From Myxococcales bacterium (GTDB taxonomy: Bacteria; Myxococcota_A; Polyangia; Polyangiales; Ga0077539): a DNA stretch of 64,000 nt. This document shows, one piece after another, positions 58,532 through 64,000 of this stretch. The translations under genes were made by a program, and so were the position numbers. Position 1 is the first letter of the stretch; every line of letters starts with the position of its first letter. The notes beneath the pieces are model-generated. The model was not told where the DNA came from and did no database searches. It worked only from the letters and a program-made list of their open reading frames with translations. The DNA lies in contig JAEUKH010000043.1 of the NCBI GenBank assembly GCA_016792845.1, positions 153,846 through 217,845 on the forward strand. Direction: 5' to 3'.

Positions 58532-59271
58532 ACGGTGTACGCGTCGCCCTCTCGGGCTGTCGCCATCGAGGTCTGGGCGGGGTCGTGAAAGTCTGGATAG
58601 TGAATGAGCCGAACCTTGGCGCGGGTCGCGGCGTCGAGCGACTCGAGCGCGCCGAGGGGCGTGTGAATGCCGAGGTTGGTCTCGTGAAAGAACAGCGCGC
58701 TCTCGGCGAGCCACGCGATCAGGCTCGGGTCGAAGCTCGTGTCGGCGCTGTACCCGAATGTCGCGCCGCGGTGCGTGATCTTGAGCGCCGAGGTCGGGAT
58801 GTGATGCACCGTCTCGCGCCAGGCGATCGAGAGGTCGCCGATCTCGGTCGGGCCCTCGGCGCCGAGGGTGACCAGCGTCGCGTAGTCTTCGAGCCGCAGC
58901 GGGTGGCGCGCGCCCTCGCCGTCGAGGAGCACGTCCATCCCGCCGCGGAGGCGCCCCTCCCACAGGCCCGCGAGCACCGGCGCGATGGCGTACACGCTGC
59001 ATTTTCTTTGGGTCACAAAGCGCCGCCAGAACAAGAGCTGCTCGAGGCCGCCGCAGTGGTCGCCGTGAAGATGTGTGATCAGCACCGAATCGACGTCGTC
59101 GAGCGACACGGTCTCGCCGCCGCGCTCGCCGAGGTCTCGCAGGGCCCGCGCGAGGGCCGGCGGCGCGTCGATGAGCAAGCGCGTGTTGGCGCTCTCGACG
59201 AGCAGACACGCGTTGTAATACCGAGCCGTAAAGGCATCACCGACCCCCACCACACGCACCTTGAGTGCCAT
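58528..59271 (-). CDS. MBL-fold metallo-hydrolase
   Basis: 'ITHLHGDHCGG' (HxHxDH) motif. Confidence 0.8.
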   Translation of the reverse strand: MALKVRVVGVGDAFTARYYNACLLVESANTRLLIDAPPALARALRDLGERGGETVSLDDVDSVLITHLHGDHCGGLEQLLFWRRFVTQRKCSVYAIAPVLAGLWEGRLRGGMDVLLDGEGARHPLRLEDYATLVTLGAEGPTEIGDLSIAWRETVHHIPTSALKITHRGATFGYSADTSFDPSLIAWLAESALFFHETNLGIHTPLGALESLDAATRAKVRLIHYPDFHDPAQTSMATAREGDAYTV

Positions 59272-59303
59272 CTTCTACGCTCCAGAGAGTGACCGAGACC
59301 GCC

Positions 59304-60179
59304 ATGCGACGGCCCCTTGTTTTGATCGGACCGGGCTTCACCGGCCAAGAGATTCTGGCACAACGCGCGCCCGCATCAGACACCGTGGTGGCGAGCCGAC
59401 GCCCGCAGCCTGCGCTCGCCGAGCGCTTCAGCCGGGTGACCTGGTGGGTCGCCCCGAGCCTCTCGCCCGAGACCCTTCGGGCCCACCTCGGCGACGGCGG
59501 CGACCTCATCGTGACCGCGCCCCCCGACGGCCTCACCGACGCGCGGCTCTCGGCGGCGATCGGGCCCCGCGACCGCGTCGTCTACATCGCCACCACGGGC
59601 CTCTACGGCGCCCGAGCGGGCCACATCGATCACACCACCCCCATCGCGCCCGACAGCGACAAGGCGCGCCTCAGGGCCGAGGCCGAGGCCGCGTGGTGCG
59701 ACAAGGGCGCGGTGTCGCTGCGCGCCGCGGGCATCTACGGCACCGGACGGGGCCTGCACCTGCGCATCGCGCGGGGTGATTTCGCGCTCCCCGACGACCC
59801 CGAGAAGGTCGTCTCGCGGGTGCACGTCGCCGACCTCGCCCAGCTCTGCCTCGCGAGCCTTGAGGTGCCCTCGCTGCGCGGCCGAGGTTGGCCCGTGGCA
59901 GACCTCTGCGCGGTGCCTCAGGCCCAGGTCGTGCGCGCGCTCTGTCGCGCCCTCGGACGCCCGCTCCCGCCGCGCGTTGCGGTGGGCGACGCGCCCGAGA
60001 GCCTGCGGCACCATCGCGCCGTCGACAGCCGCGCGCTCCTCGCGGCGACCGACGTGACGCTGCGGTATCCGGGGTGGGTCGAGGGCTTTACGGCGTGCAT
60101 CGCGGGCGACCGCCTGGCCGTCGAGATGCCCCTCGCCGAGGCCGCCCGCGAGAGCGCCGTTAGGGCCTCACCACGATGA
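59304..60179 (+). CDS. NAD(P)-binding Rossmann-fold protein (atypical SDR/epimerase-like)
   Basis: 'RRPLVLIGPGFTG' glycine-rich N-terminus. Start at the internal ATG of ORF 59265..60179. Confidence 0.55.
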   Translation: MRRPLVLIGPGFTGQEILAQRAPASDTVVASRRPQPALAERFSRVTWWVAPSLSPETLRAHLGDGGDLIVTAPPDGLTDARLSAAIGPRDRVVYIATTGLYGARAGHIDHTTPIAPDSDKARLRAEAEAAWCDKGAVSLRAAGIYGTGRGLHLRIARGDFALPDDPEKVVSRVHVADLAQLCLASLEVPSLRGRGWPVADLCAVPQAQVVRALCRALGRPLPPRVAVGDAPESLRHHRAVDSRALLAATDVTLRYPGWVEGFTACIAGDRLAVEMPLAEAARESAVRASPR

Positions 60180-60588
60180 CCCCCGCCATGCTCGGCTGGT
60201 GGTACTCGCAGTGGTAGGGGTAGACCCCCGCGGCGTCGAAGCGAACCTCGACCGCCGCGCGGCCGTCGTCGGCGCGCACGATGGGGTTGTTCGGCAACGC
60301 GCCCGCATCGACGCCCTGGACGGGCCCCGGCACGAGCGGGTGAACCGAGAAGGTGCCGCGTTCGAGGCCGTCAAAGCGCACCGTCTGCCCCGGGGCGATC
60401 ACCATGCACGCGGGCGCGTACGAGAGCGCCCCGGCGTCGGCGGCGCCGCCGTAGAAGACGCTCCGTGAGGCGGTCGGCGCGCGCCGATCGACGTAGCCGT
60501 TGGCTGTGCAACCATGGAGCACCGGCCCCGCGACCCCCGTCACCTCGGCCGCCTCACCGCCGCAACCGAGCGCGAGAAGGGGTATCAT
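60160..60588 (-). CDS. Cupredoxin (type-1 copper, plastocyanin/azurin-like) lipoprotein
   Basis: 'MIPLLALGCGG' lipobox. 'YPYHCEYHQPSMAG' Cys-His-Met copper-ligand loop. Confidence 0.7.
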   Translation of the reverse strand: MIPLLALGCGGEAAEVTGVAGPVLHGCTANGYVDRRAPTASRSVFYGGAADAGALSYAPACMVIAPGQTVRFDGLERGTFSVHPLVPGPVQGVDAGALPNNPIVRADDGRAAVEVRFDAAGVYPYHCEYHQPSMAGVIVVRP

Positions 60589-60743
60589 ACGAATGAAGCG
60601 CTTGCATGGATGCATCGTCAAACGACGTTGCCTGAGGCGGGTGAGCCTTGTCGAGGGCGGCCGTGTCTTGACGTTGACGCGGGCGCGGGCAAGTGCTCAA
60701 ACTGCCGCCGACTGGGGCCTTAAGACGTAGGAGGTCTGTTCGA

Positions 60744-61424
60744 ATGAGTGAAGATCAATCACGACGGGATGCGCTGCGAGGCGCGCTTGCCTTCGCGGCG
60801 AGCATGGGCGCCGCGATGGCGGCTTCGATGGCACGTCCGCGAGAAGCCCACGCCCAAGCGGCGGCGGGTGACGTCACAACGCTCACCGCGCTTCAGCGCG
60901 CCGAGTACGACGCCATCCGCACGTACTCGACCGCCGAGAGCATTTTGATGACCGACCTGTCGAGCGATCCGCAGGCTTCGACGGTGCGCGCCGTGGCGGC
61001 GTATTACCGCGGCCAGCACGAGGCGCACGCGAACGCGCTCCGCACCGCCATCACCGCCGCGGGGGGCACGCCCATCGACCCGACCACGGTGTTCTTCATG
61101 CCGCCCACGGGCTTCCGCGCGACGGTGGCCAACATCATCAAGCTCGCGGCGAACAAAGAGAAGGCCGCCGCGGTGGCCTACGCCGAGGCCGTGCGCTCAC
61201 TCGGCACCGCCGAGCGCGCCCAACTCGCGGCCGCCATCGGCGGCGTCGAGACCCAGCACTGGATCGTGCTCTACCTCCTCGCGAAGGGCGTCGTGCAGCC
61301 CGGCATGAACGCCGCGACGATGCTGAACCAGCTCTGTCCGCAGGCTTTTGTGGCCTCTGTGGGCACCGGCACCGCGGGCCTCGAGGCCGTGGCCGAGTAC
61401 CAGTACGCCCCCAACGCCACCTGA
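60744..61424 (+). CDS. Tat-signal ferritin-like domain protein
   Basis: 'SRRDALRGALAFAAS' twin-arginine signal. Four-helix ferritin-like pattern (E...EY.A, QHE.HA). Paralogous to the next gene. Confidence 0.55.
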   Translation: MSEDQSRRDALRGALAFAASMGAAMAASMARPREAHAQAAAGDVTTLTALQRAEYDAIRTYSTAESILMTDLSSDPQASTVRAVAAYYRGQHEAHANALRTAITAAGGTPIDPTTVFFMPPTGFRATVANIIKLAANKEKAAAVAYAEAVRSLGTAERAQLAAAIGGVETQHWIVLYLLAKGVVQPGMNAATMLNQLCPQAFVASVGTGTAGLEAVAEYQYAPNAT

Positions 61425-61442
61425 TCGACGGAGTGCACGACG

Positions 61443-62126
61443 ATGGACAACAACGACAAGCTCTCGCGGCGCCTTCTTCTTCAGGGCGCCACCGCGCTCG
61501 GCGCCTCGGCCACCCTCGCGGGCTGCGGTGAAGACGAAGCCCCGGCCGGCCCGAACCCCGACATTGTGATCCTGAACCGCCTCCTCTCGGCCGAGTACAC
61601 GGCCATCGCGGCGTACACCGCGGGCGCGATGGTGCTGACCTCGCCGCCGATGGGCGACCCCCTCGCCCAACAGTCGCTGATCCTCCGTCAGATCGCGACG
61701 CGCTGGCAGGCGCAGCACCGTGAGCACGCGACGGTGCTCGCGAGCGCCATCACGGCCATCGGCGGCACCCCGGTGACCGAAGCCTCGGTGATGTTCACCC
61801 CCCCCTCAGGGTGGACGGGCACCGTCGCCAACGTGCTCCGCCTCGCGGCGAACCTCGAGCGCGGCGCGGCGCTGGCCTACAACGACGCGGTGAAGACCCT
61901 GTCGAGCGCGGCCAACCGCTTCCTCTCGGCCAACATCCAGGGCGACGAGACGCAGCACTTCATCGTGCTCCACGCGCTGCTCCAGCAGGTCGCGGGCGCC
62001 GGCGCTGAGATCATCAGCGGCATCAACGACGTGGTGCCGGTGCCCTTCGTGAGCACCGTGACGCCGGCCCCGATGGGCGGCACCGGTTCGGGTCTCCAGA
62101 CCGTGGCCGATTTCACCTACACCTGA
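61443..62126 (+). CDS. Tat-signal ferritin-like domain protein (paralogue)
   Basis: 'SRRLLLQGATALGASATLAGC' Tat signal. Shares 'TPP.G...TVAN...LAAN.E...A.AY..AV..L' blocks with the upstream gene. Confidence 0.55.
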   Translation: MDNNDKLSRRLLLQGATALGASATLAGCGEDEAPAGPNPDIVILNRLLSAEYTAIAAYTAGAMVLTSPPMGDPLAQQSLILRQIATRWQAQHREHATVLASAITAIGGTPVTEASVMFTPPSGWTGTVANVLRLAANLERGAALAYNDAVKTLSSAANRFLSANIQGDETQHFIVLHALLQQVAGAGAEIISGINDVVPVPFVSTVTPAPMGGTGSGLQTVADFTYT

Positions 62127-62174
62127 TCTCGCTCGCTACTTTCGTAGGGTCACGCTGCGCAGTACCATCGCGGC

Positions 62175-64000
62175 GTGACCCTTCGTTGTTTCTCCTTCTT
62201 GGCTCTGACATTGGGCCTCGTTTCGGCGTGCAGCACGAGCCCCGCCCCGGGCGCTGACGCCAGCCTCGACGCCTCGAACGACCTCGGCCCTGCCACCGAC
62301 GCGGGGGCCGCGGGCGCCGACGTTCAACCGCTCAGCACGGCGCACTGCCAGTTCGTCGACCCGCCGGCCAACGGCAACACCGGCGCGACGGTGAGCGCGG
62401 GCGCGATCACCGCGGGCGCCGCCGAAGACTACGTCGACCTGCCCGTCGGATCGGCCCTCGGGGCCTACACGGGCCGCGCGAAATTCTTCGGCAACGAGGG
62501 CTTCGTCGACGCGCGCACGAACGAGTACGCGGCGTGGTTCAACCCCAGCGTCGGGGTCGAGACCCGCACCCGGGTGCGCGCCTTGGCGCTCAGCGCGGGG
62601 GGCGAGACGGTGCTGATCCTCAAGGCCGACCTCGGCGCGGCCGACACCAACGTGGCCTACGACGTCGCCGCGGCGCTCGGCCCGGCCTACGCGGGCAAGG
62701 TGATCTTCGCCACGAGCCACAGCCACTCGGCGCCCGGGCACACCATCGCCAACGAGGGGCTCGCGACGCTCGGGTTTGGCCCCTTCCGTAACGAGAGCTA
62801 CCGGCGTTTGGTGGCGGCCCTGACGGCGGTCGCGCGGCAGGCCATCGAGGCCCGCGTCGCGGCCCGGGTGGGCATCTCGCACGACGCCAACTTCGACCCG
62901 ATGAACACCGTCTCGCGCGACCGCCGCCGCGACAACGACGACCTGCCGCGCGGGCGCGACCGCAAAGACAGCGACCTCTTCGTGCTCAGGGTCGACACCG
63001 TCGACGGCGCGCCCATGGCGGTGGTGCCGATCTTCGGCGTGCACCCCACGGTGCTCGGCGGCGACAACAACCTCATCTCGGGCGATGTCTCGACGGCCAT
63101 CGAGCGCTCGCTCGAAGAGAGCTTCGACCGGCGGGTCGTCGTGATGCACCTCCAGGGCGCCGCGGGCGACGTCTCGCCGGGCGGCTCGGGCGGCATGGAC
63201 TGCGGCGCCGAGTCGCGCGGCCCCGCACGGTTTTGCTACGATTTCTCGCGCGTCGAGAGCGTCGGGCGCCTCGCCTTGCCGCTCCTGCGTCGCGCCTGGG
63301 AGGCCGCAGGTACACAGATGCAGCGCGAGACCGAGCTCGAGATGGTGACCCGCTCGGTGGCCCTCGGGCCCGACTGGCGCACCTTCACCGTGCGCGACGG
63401 GGGCTTGTCGTACAGCGATTTCAACCCCGCGCGAGACCCCGACGGGCGCATCTTCGACGACGCCGGGGCGGTGCTCTCGCCCGTCGACGAGTTCGGCGCG
63501 CCCGCGGGCGCAGCGCTCTGCGGCAACGAGAACGGCAACTACCCCCCCGCGGCCATTCGCGGGTCGGTGGCCCTGCGGCCGTATCGCACCTGCAACCGGG
63601 TCGACATCTTCACCCGACTCGTCAACACGCTGGTGCTGCCCTACGAGCCCGTGGTGACGCCCAATCAGGTGCTCTGCGGCTCGACCCGCACCGCCGTGGC
63701 GGCCCTTCGCATCGGGGCCCATCTCTTCGTCACCCTGCCCGGCGAGCCGCTGACCCTCCTGGCCGATCGCGCCCGCGCGCTGTCGCCCGTGGCGCCCGAG
63801 AACACCGTGGTCATCGGCTACGCCAACGGCCACGTCGGGTACTTGCTCACGGCCGACGATTGGCTCCGCGGCGGCTACGAGCCCAACATCAATTTCTGGG
63901 GCCCGCTCGAAGGCGAATACATCGTCGAGCGCGCGATGGAGTTGGCCCGCCTCGCCGTGACGCCGACCCGCGAAGACGGTCAGCGCGGCGGCGCTTCGCG
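62175..64000 (+). CDS. Neutral/alkaline ceramidase-family lipoprotein (3' end beyond the window)
   Basis: Not in the ORF track because it has no in-window stop. GTG start then 'LALTLGLVSACS' lipobox. 'ATSHSHSAPGHT' and 'LQGAAGDVSPGG' match ceramidase N-terminal-domain motifs. Strong GC3 bias to the window end. Confidence 0.55.
   Translation, partial: MTLRCFSFLALTLGLVSACSTSPAPGADASLDASNDLGPATDAGAAGADVQPLSTAHCQFVDPPANGNTGATVSAGAITAGAAEDYVDLPVGSALGAYTGRAKFFGNEGFVDARTNEYAAWFNPSVGVETRTRVRALALSAGGETVLILKADLGAADTNVAYDVAAALGPAYAGKVIFATSHSHSAPGHTIANEGLATLGFGPFRNESYRRLVAALTAVARQAIEARVAARVGISHDANFDPMNTVSRDRRRDNDDLPRGRDRKDSDLFVLRVDTVDGAPMAVVPIFGVHPTVLGGDNNLISGDVSTAIERSLEESFDRRVVVMHLQGAAGDVSPGGSGGMDCGAESRGPARFCYDFSRVESVGRLALPLLRRAWEAAGTQMQRETELEMVTRSVALGPDWRTFTVRDGGLSYSDFNPARDPDGRIFDDAGAVLSPVDEFGAPAGAALCGNENGNYPPAAIRGSVALRPYRTCNRVDIFTRLVNTLVLPYEPVVTPNQVLCGSTRTAVAALRIGAHLFVTLPGEPLTLLADRARALSPVAPENTVVIGYANGHVGYLLTADDWLRGGYEPNINFWGPLEGEYIVERAMELARLAVTPTREDGQRGGAS

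Noticed and set aside
1-64000. CRISPR arrays, IS elements, integrases, prophage genes
   Set aside because: No regularly spaced identical repeats with unique spacers, no transposase or integrase motifs, and no terminal inverted repeats flanking any block were seen. The repeats found are all in-frame coding repeats.

Overview
High-GC (about 70%) bacterial chromosomal window whose gene content and lipoprotein-rich proteome look myxobacterial/deltaproteobacterial; that taxonomic call is an inference. Because of the GC content most listed six-frame ORFs are antisense artefacts rich in Arg, Ala, Gly and Pro. Genes were called by GC3-biased codon frame, signal peptides, lipoboxes and recognisable motifs; gene names below are family-level calls from motifs, since no homology search could be run. 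About 45 genes are supportable. The two window-edge genes (1..2437 and 62175..64000) are absent from the ORF track because they have no in-window stop; both were found by manual frame reading.

Conserved core: the complete rimP-nusA-ylxR/L7Ae-infB-DUF503-rbfA-truB operon on the minus strand, apt, CoA-transferase subunits A and B, a phosphohexomutase, two SDR oxidoreductases, and a LysR regulator.

Accessory content that deserves attention:
- Two tandem paralogous genes at 11.9-17.1 kb. Each encodes an N-terminal Hsp70/actin-like ATPase domain, a Pro-rich linker, and a conserved C-terminal region ending in a degenerate J-domain that lacks the HPD motif.
- A sigma-54 regulatory module at 42-54.6 kb. 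An FHA-GAF-sigma54 activator is followed by two paralogous giant lipoproteins built from about 48-residue, 8-Cys repeats plus a shared C-terminal domain. On the opposite strand sit an NtrB/NtrC-like two-component system and a secreted repeat protein.
- A 975-aa lipoprotein (5219..8143) with a Cys-rich N-terminal region and about 10 copies of a G-x-G-h-h-h-D-x-G-G-x-D-x-Y repeat.
- An AAA+ ATPase / DUF5682-like gene pair.
- A metallophosphoesterase and Ser/Thr kinase (with PEGA domain) pair.
- A cupredoxin plus two Tat-signal ferritin-like paralogues.
- An 800-bp gene-free region carrying G-rich direct repeats, upstream of rimP.

No tRNA, rRNA, CRISPR array or IS element/transposase could be supported.
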